IMG/VR virus record: IMGVR_UViG_3300023174_000053
Location: 64,001 to 128,000 of that record
Origin: a virus
Reading direction: 5' to 3' (one strand)
DNA: 64,000 nt
The notes under the pieces were generated by a model. It was not told the DNA's origin, did no database searches, and worked only from the letters and a program-made list of their open reading frames with translations. Below are positions 26,219 to 36,050 of the stretch, piece after piece. Made by a program: the position numbers and the translations under genes. Each line of letters opens with the position of its first letter. Positions within the stretch are counted from its first letter, which is position 1.

Positions 26219-27162
26219 TTGAAAGAACACTCACACATAATTTCAGTTAATGCTGCTAAGAGGTTAATTTCTTGGTCAGCCACGAACGCACATTGGTATT
26301 GGTACTTAGCAACAATAAGAACGGCAGCAGGGATAGATTGGGGTGAAAGGCAATCATAACAGGCGTCATACACCCTGCGAAGAACGAGACCAGGGTCGTT
26401 GTCCAAGTTGGAGACCACCCACTTTCGGACTTCAGAAAAGTTTTTACTTTTAAGATGAGTAATAAGGTCATTTACAGCAACATCAGAAAAAGACGCAAGA
26501 ATACCACTATCTATTTCACCACTAACAGAGTACCTTTGGCACTCATTAAGAACTCTTCTCCAATCAGGGAAATGAGAATTTATCAGTTGGGCAAGTACTT
26601 TCGGATCATATTTGATACTTTCTTCATCCAAGATGTTTTGTAAACGCTTGAAGAAGGATCCTGCCAACTGGGCTTTTTCTTTTCCCTTGATTGAGAACTC
26701 AACAACTGCACATCTGGAGTGGAGGGGTTCGATGATTTTGTTTTTGTAGTTACAGGTGAAGATGAATCGGCAGTTGTTATAAAATGCCTCAATATTCGCC
26801 CGTAGTAAGAGTTGAACATCTGCGGTTGTGTTATCACTTTCATCCACAATAATGACTTTGTGTTTTCCATTTGCTTGAAGTGAAACGGTCGAAGCAAAGT
26901 TCTTTGCTTGGTTCCGTACCGTGTCCAAAAATCGTCCTTCATCAGATCCGTTGATAACATAATAATCTACTCCAAGTTCTTCACATAATGCTTTTGCTAC
27001 TGTTGTTTTTCCTACTCCTGGAGGTCCAGCAAGAAGAAGATTTGGTATTTCTCCCCTCTTAACAAAATCCAAAAATGTTTTCTTAATACCATCAGGAAGA
27101 ATACAATCCTCAATTTTACGAGGACGGTATTTTTCCACAAACAAAAAATCTTTACTCATCAA
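26215..27162 (-). CDS. Clamp loader large subunit (gp44)
   Basis: VEKYRP, GPPGVGKT, INGSD, IVDESD, SRC. Confidence 0.96.
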   Translation of the reverse strand: MMSKDFLFVEKYRPRKIEDCILPDGIKKTFLDFVKRGEIPNLLLAGPPGVGKTTVAKALCEELGVDYYVINGSDEGRFLDTVRNQAKNFASTVSLQANGKHKVIIVDESDNTTADVQLLLRANIEAFYNNCRFIFTCNYKNKIIEPLHSRCAVVEFSIKGKEKAQLAGSFFKRLQNILDEESIKYDPKVLAQLINSHFPDWRRVLNECQRYSVSGEIDSGILASFSDVAVNDLITHLKSKNFSEVRKWVVSNLDNDPGLVLRRVYDACYDCLSPQSIPAAVLIVAKYQYQCAFVADQEINLLAALTEIMCECSFK

Positions 27163-27608
27163 TAAACCTCATTTAATACATTCCAAATACTTCGTTGGTT
27201 TTTGCCCATAATATCAGCAATCTTTCTTTGAGACAATCCTTGCTCTGAAAGATTTTTAATTTTTTGCTTTACACCATCCTCCATTTGTAATCTTCCTTTT
27301 TTGGGTTCTGGTCTCCCCAAATGAGACCTTCTTGTGTTTTCTGAACGAGGTAACCACCTAAGATTTTCATTTTTATTATTTTTTTTATTTTCATCAATAT
27401 GGTCTATACACCAATCTTTACCTTTTGGTCTTGGTTCCCCCCAACATTCTACCACAAGTTGATGTAGTCTTTTTCCACGAACTACAACATAACCATCTCG
27501 TTTATCAACTCTTCCAATAGGTTTCACATTTAGAATTTTACCACAAGCACTAATATAAATGTCAGGATAAGTTTTTGATTGTTTGTAGGTAATTCCGTCG
27601 AGTTCCAT
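27159..27608 (-). CDS. HNH homing endonuclease with a C-terminal HTH
   Basis: LHQLV...IDHIDENKKNN..ENLRW....EN; LSQRKIADIMGKNQRSIWNVL. Confidence 0.88.
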   Translation of the reverse strand: MELDGITYKQSKTYPDIYISACGKILNVKPIGRVDKRDGYVVVRGKRLHQLVVECWGEPRPKGKDWCIDHIDENKKNNKNENLRWLPRSENTRRSHLGRPEPKKGRLQMEDGVKQKIKNLSEQGLSQRKIADIMGKNQRSIWNVLNEVY

Positions 27609-27629
27609 TAGAAAAGTTATAACTAATAT

Positions 27630-27669
27630 TATTTATATCCAAACTACACCAAATGTAGTTTGGATATAA
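27630..27669. promoter_or_regulatory. Perfect 16-bp inverted repeat overlapping a late promoter
   Basis: TTATATCCAAACTACA-CCAAA-TGTAGTTTGGATATAA; TATAAATA on the minus strand at 27630-27637. Confidence 0.75.
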
Positions 27670-27671
27670 TC

Positions 27672-27899
27672 TCAATCTCTATGGACTTTCATTTTATCAA
27701 TCACATAATTTGTTTGTGTGAGACCATTACTATCAGTAATCTCTGCTTTCGTCATATAGAAGATAAGAGTAGAACCTTCGGCAAGTTGTTCTTCAATACC
27801 TTCCATAGTTCCAAATTTTCCAGTTCTCATAGATTCTGGAATTGAGTTGAATGCGTCTTCAATTGTTTGTCGTTGTTCTTGTGTTAATTTAAAAGTCAT
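27672..27899 (-). CDS. Hypothetical protein
   Basis: ORF track; ATG at 27899. Confidence 0.55.
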   Translation of the reverse strand: MTFKLTQEQRQTIEDAFNSIPESMRTGKFGTMEGIEEQLAEGSTLIFYMTKAEITDSNGLTQTNYVIDKMKVHRD

Positions 27900-27901
27900 A
27901 G

Positions 27902-28429
27902 TTAAATCCAATCAGGTTTGCGAGAAGGCATACGAAGATAGTTGTCCGCAACCCAAGGTTTGGAGGCAATATACATTTTGTAGGCAGTGAATGTATCAAT
28001 ACTTTCATCAAGTTTGTATTCATCAGGCATTGCCCTTGTAAATTCTACCACATTTTTGTAGATAGAAATCTCCTTTCCACTTTTAGTAGCAAAGATATTC
28101 TCAGCAACTTCAAGTCCTTTCATACAGGCATGGTCTTTACCATAACGATGTCGATACTCATTACAAAGAGCATAACCGTGCCGAATTAACCAGGCAAGGT
28201 TTTCATAGTTCTCTGCTGCCCAAACAGTACAAGGATGATTTCGGAATGCTCCCTTCTCAGTACTATAAGGAGTTCCATCCTTTTTAGGAATAGTTCCCCA
28301 ATTATAGTACCACTTGGAGAAAATGACAGAGACCATCTGACAGGTCTCCAAAGGCATTTTCACTACGTGTTTGTCGGGAAGTGCTACGGCAGAAAGCACA
28401 GGACACTCATCGACGACAAAAATATTCAT
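27902..28429 (-). CDS. Pyrimidine-dimer DNA glycosylase (DenV)-like conserved phage protein
   Basis: MNIF......A..L.DKHVVKM.LE..Q, NHPCTVW, EY..RYGK.H. Confidence 0.7.
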   Translation of the reverse strand: MNIFVVDECPVLSAVALPDKHVVKMPLETCQMVSVIFSKWYYNWGTIPKKDGTPYSTEKGAFRNHPCTVWAAENYENLAWLIRHGYALCNEYRHRYGKDHACMKGLEVAENIFATKSGKEISIYKNVVEFTRAMPDEYKLDESIDTFTAYKMYIASKPWVADNYLRMPSRKPDWI

Positions 28430-28445
28430 AATATAAAGTTAAAAA

Positions 28446-29132
28446 TCAAGAAAAATTGGAGTCTGGTTCCAAAGTAATATAATAGGTCAAATTGTACCGT
28501 TCGTTCGTGAATTTAGACAGAAGTTTTTCTGACACAACCACATCATAAGAACCAGGAATAATCTTAATGTTTTCTACCTTGAAGTTGAAAGTAAATTCCT
28601 TATCGGTTTCACCAACAACGATAGAGTATTCGTTGGAAGTATCATTCTTCTTATCACGAACAACCAAACGAATTACACCTGCTTCACCAACAGCAGAAAG
28701 GTCTGGAAGTTGATAAACTGATGCTGCTTTGATAAGTTTATCGAGTTGTGAATGTTCTAGTTGAAAACAAACATCATTAGAAGGAAGTGTAATTTCTTTT
28801 TCTGGTGGTGATACAATTACTTCTGGATCAGCAAAGAAATACTTCACACGACGTTTTCCTTCACGGATAATAACGTGAGAATCATTTTCAAAATCAAGGT
28901 CAGGATCTTGGTGTAGTCCCAAACCATTTAGAAATTGGTTGAGGTCATAAATCGCAAAATCTTTTGTAAATTCTTCCTTGATTGTTGCTTCCGCAAGAAT
29001 ATTCTTCATCACAGAAATTGTGCGGAGTTTAGAACCTTCCTTAACCAGAATAGACTGGTTAATTGAAGAAAAGTTTTTTAGAATAGTAATAGTAGATTCG
29101 GAAAGTTTCATAGTTTGGGGTTTAATTTTCAC
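28446..29132 (-). CDS. Sliding clamp (gp45)
   Basis: MKLS..T..ILKNFSSINQS, FAIYDLNQFL, synteny. Confidence 0.95.
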   Translation of the reverse strand: MKIKPQTMKLSESTITILKNFSSINQSILVKEGSKLRTISVMKNILAEATIKEEFTKDFAIYDLNQFLNGLGLHQDPDLDFENDSHVIIREGKRRVKYFFADPEVIVSPPEKEITLPSNDVCFQLEHSQLDKLIKAASVYQLPDLSAVGEAGVIRLVVRDKKNDTSNEYSIVVGETDKEFTFNFKVENIKIIPGSYDVVVSEKLLSKFTNERYNLTYYITLEPDSNFS

Positions 29133-29539
29133 TTATTTTCAACGAGATTAAGATGATTAATCAAAAGAATAGTATAGTGTAGAACTTTAAACAAGTCAGC
29201 ACGAGGAGTTCCTTTTGTATCATAACGGTCAATATACTTGGTTACATTACCAGCACAAAATCCTTCACGACGATTGTGTTTAATCTTATCGAGAGTTTGT
29301 TCTGTTCCACCACCAGTCCTATCAACATAATGCTGACTGTAAGTACCAGCAATATATTGTTCAAGTTGTTTCAGGATTTGGTCTTCGTTGTATTTCCAGA
29401 AACCATTAGCATTTGTATTTTCAGTCATATTCATAGGAGTTTTTGTAACATCAATTAAACCAGTTATTTCATCAAGTTTTACTGTAAACTGATTGAAATT
29501 TCTTTCATCTTCAGGTCCAAACATAGTAAAGAAAGTCAT
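29129..29539 (-). CDS. Conserved hypothetical protein (DUF3310-like)
   Basis: TYSQHY...FC.GNV.KY..RY..KG....DL.K..HY. Confidence 0.65.
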   Translation of the reverse strand: MTFFTMFGPEDERNFNQFTVKLDEITGLIDVTKTPMNMTENTNANGFWKYNEDQILKQLEQYIAGTYSQHYVDRTGGGTEQTLDKIKHNRREGFCAGNVTKYIDRYDTKGTPRADLFKVLHYTILLINHLNLVENK

Positions 29540-29553
29540 AATAACCTTTACCA

Positions 29554-29582
29554 ATCATACCAAAAAACCAAAGGTCAGTCAA
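29554..29582 (-). promoter_or_regulatory. Sigma70-type promoter
   Basis: TTGACT-17 nt-TATGAT. Confidence 0.6.
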
Positions 29583-31293
29583 CCATTTTACTAAATCCCT
29601 TAACCTTATCAAACTTGATAACTCTATCAAATTTATCAATCAATTCGTCTGTCTTATGTGAAATCACAAATATATTAGTATCTTTTATTACATACTTAAT
29701 AATTCTTGTAAAATAATCTGTTCCCATAAAATCCAAAGAACTATCAAATACCTCATCCAAAATAAGAAGATTGGTATTGACTGAATTTTTCATTCTTGCG
29801 ATTTCTCTCCAAGTGAAAAGAATAGCAAGATTGATTCTCATTTTTTCTCCTTCACTAAAACTTTCATAGGTAAAATCTTCATGAATAGGAGATTTGATTT
29901 TTTCATTAAACTCTTCATCAAGGGTAAAATTAATATAAAAGTCCATCATTTGCAGATACTTATTAATCTGCTGGTTCATAAGAGGAAGATACTTCTTAAT
30001 AATTTTACCTTTAATACCACCATCTTTCATCAAGGAATGCGCGAAGTCAAAATAAGAAACATCTTCTTTATTCTTTGCTTTTTCGGTTTGAATTAAATCC
30101 AAAGTTTGTTCCAATTCAATTAATACTTTTCTTTCAGTATTTCTGTTTTTAATTTTGTTGGTAATGTCTTGAATTTCTTGGTCAAGGTCTCTTGATTGTT
30201 TATTAAGTTGGGAAATTTTAACATTGTTATTAGAAATTTCATTGTTTAAAGAACTAATCTCCTTTGAAACGACATTGAATTCACGTTCTCTTTTTTCCTC
30301 CTGTTGAATTGCTTCTTTCAATTCATTATAACCTTGTTGAAGTTCTTTTGCTTTGTTTTCAGATTCACTAACTTTATTTAATCTAAATTCTTCTTCAATA
30401 GTTTGAGTACAAGTAGGGCATACCGAATTATTATTAAAAAACTTATGCTGTTCTGTAATGCTTGATACTTTTTCTGAAATCTTACCCTTTAAATTGGAAA
30501 GTTGTTTCAGTTTCTTAGATGCGTCTAGAAGGTTCTCCAGTTGAGGTTGAAGAGTAGTTGATACTTCCTCTACCTTATGTACATTCTCTGCTGCTAATTG
30601 GTCAATATAAGTGGTAATAGAAGTGATTTTATCTTTTTTCTTTTCTATATTTTCTTTACCACTTTTCTCAATACTTTCAATAAACTCTTTTTGCATCTCG
30701 ACCTTTTCTTCAGTCATTGATTGCTTCAAAGAAAGTTCTTTAATTTTATCATTTGTATTTTTAATCCTATCTTTAATTACAGCATTCATCGCAGAAAAGA
30801 TTTTAATATCCAACAAATCTTCTACAACTTCTCTACGATTTGCCGTAGATAACTGCATAAAAGGTACAAAGGAAGCACTACCCAAAATTACAATTTGAGT
30901 AAATGACTTATAGTTTAATTTTAAAATATTATCTTCTAGTTGTTTTTGTTGGTCTGCCGATGATGCTGCTTGATTTTGTAAGATGCCATCAATCCAAATC
31001 TCAAAAATATTTGGTTTAATACCTCTTTTTATTTTGTATTCTTTTGTTCCAATACTAAAATCAATCTCAACCAAGCATTCTTTTTCGTTGGTCGAATTGA
31101 TTAATTGAGATTTATTGATTTTGCGAAATGCTTTATTGAATAGTCCAAAGCAAAGAGCATCAAGCATCGTGCTTTTGCCTGAACCATTCGCACCGACAAT
31201 TAATGTAGTTTGAGTATCTGTAAATTTTATCTCTGTTGCTTGATTTCCAGAAGAAAGAAAATTACGATATGCGATTTGTTTGAATAGTATCAT
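29575..31293 (-). CDS. Recombination endonuclease subunit gp46 (Rad50/SbcC-like)
   Basis: GANGSGKS, CPTC hook, FSEGE, LDEVFD. Confidence 0.96.
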   Translation of the reverse strand: MILFKQIAYRNFLSSGNQATEIKFTDTQTTLIVGANGSGKSTMLDALCFGLFNKAFRKINKSQLINSTNEKECLVEIDFSIGTKEYKIKRGIKPNIFEIWIDGILQNQAASSADQQKQLEDNILKLNYKSFTQIVILGSASFVPFMQLSTANRREVVEDLLDIKIFSAMNAVIKDRIKNTNDKIKELSLKQSMTEEKVEMQKEFIESIEKSGKENIEKKKDKITSITTYIDQLAAENVHKVEEVSTTLQPQLENLLDASKKLKQLSNLKGKISEKVSSITEQHKFFNNNSVCPTCTQTIEEEFRLNKVSESENKAKELQQGYNELKEAIQQEEKREREFNVVSKEISSLNNEISNNNVKISQLNKQSRDLDQEIQDITNKIKNRNTERKVLIELEQTLDLIQTEKAKNKEDVSYFDFAHSLMKDGGIKGKIIKKYLPLMNQQINKYLQMMDFYINFTLDEEFNEKIKSPIHEDFTYESFSEGEKMRINLAILFTWREIARMKNSVNTNLLILDEVFDSSLDFMGTDYFTRIIKYVIKDTNIFVISHKTDELIDKFDRVIKFDKVKGFSKMVD

Positions 31294-31552
31294 AATTTCT
31301 TGGTGGTATCACAAATTCATTTGGGGTAATTATAACATAATTATATCCATACATCTCACAAGTCTTTATCGCCATTTCATCATCAACTTCTATCACAGTC
31401 ATTTCTGGATAATCTTCCGCCATTAGAAGACCAGAATATCTTTCCGCATCATCTTCTTCTTCAAAAAAGTACAAAGCCTTTTCACCATGTTCATCAGCTA
31501 CTGCGTATGCCCCTTCTTCTTCTTTTTCTAAGATAGTGAGTAAAAACATCAT
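31262..31552 (-). CDS. Conserved hypothetical protein between gp47 and gp46
   Basis: GAYAV...LYFFEEEDDAERY. Confidence 0.7.
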   Translation of the reverse strand: MMFLLTILEKEEEGAYAVADEHGEKALYFFEEEDDAERYSGLLMAEDYPEMTVIEVDDEMAIKTCEMYGYNYVIITPNEFVIPPRNYDTIQTNRIS

Positions 31553-32592
31553 TCTACTTCCAGTGCTTCTTTATAAAATTCTCGTAAGAGTTTTTTAATA
31601 GTGTTCTTGTCTAGTTCAAATTCTGACTCTTCTACATATTTATCCAAAATACTTAATGTATCTTCTGTTGGAATTTCATCGCAATTTACATCTTCATCAT
31701 AGACATCAATATTCTCAATAATCTTAAGTTCTAATGGATTTACTTTAACTATTGCATCCACAAACTTATCAAACATCTTATAGTCATCTCGTTGACGAAC
31801 AACGATTTTAACCATTTTATCAGTCAAATAAGATGCGTCAAAATCTTTTGGATTATTATTTTCATAATAAACTCTCTCAAACATTGTATGAGGATTTTGA
31901 TAATAATCTAGTTTATAATCATCAGTATCGAAGATATGAAATCCTCTTTTATCATTCAAATCATTCCAAAACATTTGGTATGGATTTCCAAGATAAAAGA
32001 TTTTTCCATCATCACTACGAGTATGATAATGACCCGAATAAACTCTCTCAAACTTTTGAAATACTTTTTTATCTAGTCCTTCTTCATGAATGTGCCCTGG
32101 ATAAACCGAAAATCCATTCAGTTCAAGATGACCAAAAATAACTTTTGCTTCTGTGTTTTCAAGAAGTTCAAAAGTTTCTTTTTCATTATCAGTACATATC
32201 CAAGGAAGAAGAACTGTTTTCATTCCCTCAATAGTATATTCTGCTGGTTTAGACACTCTAACTACATTATAATATTGTTGGAGAAGTGTATCTATAGCAT
32301 TAATTTCATTACTGTTTTTATAATAAGCATCATGATTTCCCACAATATTATAAACAGTAATTCCTAAATCTTGAAATCTATCATAAACATTTTCCTTTGC
32401 CCAATCAAGAGCCCAGTAATCCACACCTTTACGATTATCAAAAGCATCACCCAAATGAATGACTGTTTTGATTTTGTTTTTCTTTAATGTAGGAAAAAAT
32501 ATTTCATCATAAAATTTAGCAAAATACTCGTGAAATGCTTTATTTGCTTTGCGGAAATTATAATGAGTGTCTGTAATTAAACCGATACGCAT
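31549..32592 (-). CDS. Recombination endonuclease subunit gp47 (Mre11/SbcD-like)
   Basis: DTH, GD.FD.R, GNHD, GHLE, SGHYH. Confidence 0.95.
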   Translation of the reverse strand: MRIGLITDTHYNFRKANKAFHEYFAKFYDEIFFPTLKKNKIKTVIHLGDAFDNRKGVDYWALDWAKENVYDRFQDLGITVYNIVGNHDAYYKNSNEINAIDTLLQQYYNVVRVSKPAEYTIEGMKTVLLPWICTDNEKETFELLENTEAKVIFGHLELNGFSVYPGHIHEEGLDKKVFQKFERVYSGHYHTRSDDGKIFYLGNPYQMFWNDLNDKRGFHIFDTDDYKLDYYQNPHTMFERVYYENNNPKDFDASYLTDKMVKIVVRQRDDYKMFDKFVDAIVKVNPLELKIIENIDVYDEDVNCDEIPTEDTLSILDKYVEESEFELDKNTIKKLLREFYKEALEVE

Positions 32593-32617
32593 AATGTATT
32601 TTAAAAGGAAGAATTAA

Positions 32618-33103
32618 TCATTGGTATTGTTTCATTTGAATGTTTTCTTTAATTGTATTGTAGTCAGAAGAATTGAATCCACTACCATCAACAGAAAATA
32701 CTTGATCAAAACCACTTTTTTCAAGAATCTTTTCTTTGATTTCCATCTGTCTTTTTTCTTTCTGAATACGACGCAGGAAAGCATAGTAAACAATTTGTGT
32801 AAAATACGCAAATGGATTTGTACGTTCTACATCAAAATTATTGATATACTGAACGCAATTTTCAATACCATCTGAAATCATATCTTCACGATACATATAA
32901 TTTACAAAGTTTGGACGATATGATAAATGAGTAGCAATTTTTAAAAAACAATCACCCAGATAATTAGGAATAATTGGATTGGGTAATCCCTTTTCCTTTG
33001 CTGAATTCACTTTAATTTTATAATTAATCAACGCATCGTGAAAATCTTTATTATTTACATAATGTGGATTTTTCTTTACTTTATTCATTTTTGAATTTAA
33101 CAT
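32618..33103 (-). CDS. Late transcription sigma factor gp55
   Basis: HYVNN, FLKIA..LS..PNF.NY, DMI.DGIENC, NPFAYFTQI. Confidence 0.95.
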   Translation of the reverse strand: MLNSKMNKVKKNPHYVNNKDFHDALINYKIKVNSAKEKGLPNPIIPNYLGDCFLKIATHLSYRPNFVNYMYREDMISDGIENCVQYINNFDVERTNPFAYFTQIVYYAFLRRIQKEKRQMEIKEKILEKSGFDQVFSVDGSGFNSSDYNTIKENIQMKQYQ

Positions 33104-33122
33104 AAATTGATTACTTTTCCTT

Positions 33123-33174
33123 ATTATAACACACAATAGCAATAGTTGACAACTATAAAGAATGTGTCTATAAT
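33123..33174. promoter_or_regulatory. Back-to-back sigma70 promoters sharing the palindrome TAGTTGACAACTA
   Basis: + strand TTGACA(33146)-17 nt-TATAAT(33169); - strand TTGTCA-18 nt-TATAAT with extended TG toward gp55. Confidence 0.7.
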
Positions 33175-33206
33175 CACTCTGTTAGGGTTGAAGATAAGTT
33201 ATATCT
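33169..33206 (+). repeat. Copy 2 of the ~38-nt -10 box plus leader element
   Basis: Matches the reverse complement of 1235-1273 with one indel. Confidence 0.9.
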
Positions 33207-33596
33207 TTAAATAGATTTGTAAAGTTTCTCTAAAGATATTCTGGCATCAGCAATCGAGGACAAATAACCCATTTTAGAAGTGAGTTCACTTTTATTGGAT
33301 TTTTTACTCCTTTCTCTAACAAACTTTTGATGCATTTTGATTAAATCTTCATCCGTTATTTCAGTCATCGTTATAACTTTTTCCATATCCATTACAAACA
33401 TACTATCATCAGCAAACTTTATCCAAGGACTTACTTTGATAGTTGATATTCCAAGTTGACGAATTGTTACGGTTTCCATAGTAATTGGATTATCTAAAAT
33501 TAAAACAATCCTATCGTCTTCGTCACAAGGACAAACTTTAGAAAGTATTTCCTCACCTGATATTAATTTAATGATAGCATAAAAATCTTCTTCCAT
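33207..33596 (-). CDS. Conserved hypothetical (Sm-like/beta-barrel) protein
   Basis: IKLISGEEI..KV...L.NPI...PW.KF..D. Confidence 0.75.
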   Translation of the reverse strand: MEEDFYAIIKLISGEEILSKVCPCDEDDRIVLILDNPITMETVTIRQLGISTIKVSPWIKFADDSMFVMDMEKVITMTEITDEDLIKMHQKFVRERSKKSNKSELTSKMGYLSSIADARISLEKLYKSI

Positions 33597-35060
33597 TTAT
33601 TTTTTAAAGTCTAGTTGTATAATTTCATAATTAAATTTTTCTTCATTGTAAATTTTAATTCTTTCGATTAAATGATTTAAAGTATAATTCTTTTTTGATT
33701 TGTAAGTAATGTCGTCTGCAATATCGTAAAGAACTGCTTTATTTTTGTTTTCTCCTTTTCGGAGAACTCTACCGATAGATTGTAAATTTCTTACTCTTGA
33801 TTTACTTGGACTAGCAAAGATAATATTATGGAGATTTTTAATATTAATACCAGTACTAAATGTTCCGTATGAAGCAACGATAATTGAATCGTTTTCTTTT
33901 TCGGTAATTTCTCTTACCTTTTCTCTTTCTTCAGCATCCACACCACCGTAGACAAAAAATATTTTTCTATCTTTTGCTGCTGAACTATTTATCATCTCAT
34001 ACAAAGGTTGCCCGTGAGTTTCAACACGACTATAAAGAATTAAAGTATTACCCTTCAAATCCAAAGATAAGTTTTTAATAAAATTATTTCTCTTGTCGTG
34101 GGTAATCAAATACTGAATTTCTTCTTCGTATTCATCAAACTGATGTTCGTTATGTTTTAATAAAAGAACTTTGATTTGTAGTTTTGATAGATAACCTTTT
34201 TCAATAAGTTCCTGTGTCTGCGTAACCTTGTATGAGGGACCGAATAAACCCTCCAGAACCCACTTGTGAGTTTGCGAACCATCCAAAGTACCAGTGAACC
34301 CAAAACGATACTTTGTATTGTCCATCTTTGTCATAATACCAACCAAAGATTTAGACTTAAATTGGTGTGCTTCATCCCCAATCACCACATCAAATTTCTC
34401 AAAGAATGTTCTTGGTAAGTTGTAAATACTCTGCCAGGTTGTAATGACTACATTTTTATTTGTAGATTTTTCTTTACCAGAGTAAATCTTATGGCAATAT
34501 TCTTCGGCATTCCACCCATAATCCTCAAAGTCTTTATACATTTGTTCTACTAATGAAGTAGTAGGAACAATTAGTAAAATATTATGTTCCTTTTCTACAA
34601 AGTATCTAACGATTGAGTAAATCATCAAAGACTTACCAGAAGCAGTTGGAGAAATTAAAAGCTTACGATTATACCTGAGAGCATCATACACAGCATCTAC
34701 TTGATAGTCTCTTGGTTCGTGCCTTGATATACTCTTCATATAATCAGAGACACCTTCCACCGAAATCATTTCATTCTCCTCAAATGGAGAACCATAAAAC
34801 TTATTATCTTTGAACTCTACCGTATATTCACAGTTTTTTGCCCAAGCAACTAGTTTATCCAAAAGACCAACATATAGTTCACCAGTATGATTACTATAAA
34901 GTCTTATTTTTCCATCCCAATATTTGCTCCTATACTGGGGCATAAATTTTGCTCCAGGGACATCAAAAGTAAAATGCTCAGATAACTCTTGATGAATATG
35001 TGGTTCTGTTTCGACTTTTAAATAAATCTCGTTCTTTTTTTGTATAATAATATTAGCCAT
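33597..35060 (-). CDS. uvsW: DNA helicase UvsW
   Basis: PRDYQ, SPTASGKS, DEAH, TGT, QSIGR.LR. Confidence 0.96.
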   Translation of the reverse strand: MANIIIQKKNEIYLKVETEPHIHQELSEHFTFDVPGAKFMPQYRSKYWDGKIRLYSNHTGELYVGLLDKLVAWAKNCEYTVEFKDNKFYGSPFEENEMISVEGVSDYMKSISRHEPRDYQVDAVYDALRYNRKLLISPTASGKSLMIYSIVRYFVEKEHNILLIVPTTSLVEQMYKDFEDYGWNAEEYCHKIYSGKEKSTNKNVVITTWQSIYNLPRTFFEKFDVVIGDEAHQFKSKSLVGIMTKMDNTKYRFGFTGTLDGSQTHKWVLEGLFGPSYKVTQTQELIEKGYLSKLQIKVLLLKHNEHQFDEYEEEIQYLITHDKRNNFIKNLSLDLKGNTLILYSRVETHGQPLYEMINSSAAKDRKIFFVYGGVDAEEREKVREITEKENDSIIVASYGTFSTGINIKNLHNIIFASPSKSRVRNLQSIGRVLRKGENKNKAVLYDIADDITYKSKKNYTLNHLIERIKIYNEEKFNYEIIQLDFKK

Positions 35061-35481
35061 ATCCTGCTGCAAATCTCATGTATTCAATCGCATTCTTTAT
35101 TTGATAAGTTCTATTTAAGATTGTTTTTAATATACTTTCCAAATAACTAAGCATCGTTTGGTAATAGTCTATTTTGGATACTATTTTAATTAAGTCTTTA
35201 TCAGCATCCATATACTTATCTATATCCGGTTTCAAAACCTTATGGTCAAATGGTTTTTCTTTATATACTTCTGGTTCTGCTTTACCAGAGTAATACATCC
35301 ATTTTTCTTTTTTTAAAATCTTATATTTGTTTTCTTCTAGTTTTCGAAGAAGAAGAATATTGTTATAAAGTTTATAATATTTTGCATGAAGAGCAGGTAT
35401 TTTGATAGACTCATCGTGTAAATTATCTTGGTCTATAATTGAATCCTTTTCCCATAATAATTGTATTTCATCAAGGTTCAT
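35053..35481 (-). CDS. uvsY: Recombination mediator UvsY
   Basis: W.KDS.ID, IP.LHAKY, YYSGKA, R.YQIKNAIE. Confidence 0.92.
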   Translation of the reverse strand: MNLDEIQLLWEKDSIIDQDNLHDESIKIPALHAKYYKLYNNILLLRKLEENKYKILKKEKWMYYSGKAEPEVYKEKPFDHKVLKPDIDKYMDADKDLIKIVSKIDYYQTMLSYLESILKTILNRTYQIKNAIEYMRFAAGYG

Positions 35482-35485
35482 AGTT

Positions 35486-36028
35486 TCAATAAGTTGTTAT
35501 ATCATATAAAGTATACTTGAAGTTTACCTGTGCTGTTACATATTGAACGTCAGTATTGGTAGCATCAAAATTAATTGTAGAAAGTGATGTTGGAAATAAA
35601 CCTTTAAAACTAACTGATGCTACTGGATTGTAATTGCTGTTGTAAATGATTAAACTTCCATCAGATTGACCCGAAGATGCGTTTTGAACTCCTGGATTGT
35701 ATGGGTCTTGATTGAGAAATTCTTGGTATTCCCCAACGTTCTCTGGGTATCCAAGACCTCTTATCCAATTATGAACTTGAAGATAATTTTCTAAATTTTC
35801 ATCAACAAAAAATTTTAAATTAAAATCATCATAAGTTATCTTATCACCAGGAATTGGAATATCTTTCAAATAAGTAGGTTGAATTGCTACACCAAGATTA
35901 ATTCCAGGTATTTCTGCGGAATTAGAAAAGAAATCAATTTTTGGATACTTTGCTAATACAAACTTAAAACCTAATGGAGATAGGTAGTTTTTGTTTCCAA
36001 TTTGATTTGATAACGAGGGTGAAGCCAT
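35486..36028 (-). CDS. Tail tube terminator / tail completion protein (gp3)
   Basis: NYLSP.GFKF, IPG, VDENLENY, LFP.SL; synteny. Confidence 0.9.
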   Translation of the reverse strand: MASPSLSNQIGNKNYLSPLGFKFVLAKYPKIDFFSNSAEIPGINLGVAIQPTYLKDIPIPGDKITYDDFNLKFFVDENLENYLQVHNWIRGLGYPENVGEYQEFLNQDPYNPGVQNASSGQSDGSLIIYNSNYNPVASVSFKGLFPTSLSTINFDATNTDVQYVTAQVNFKYTLYDITTY

Positions 36029-36050
36029 TTTTATTTTTATTTATAGGCAT

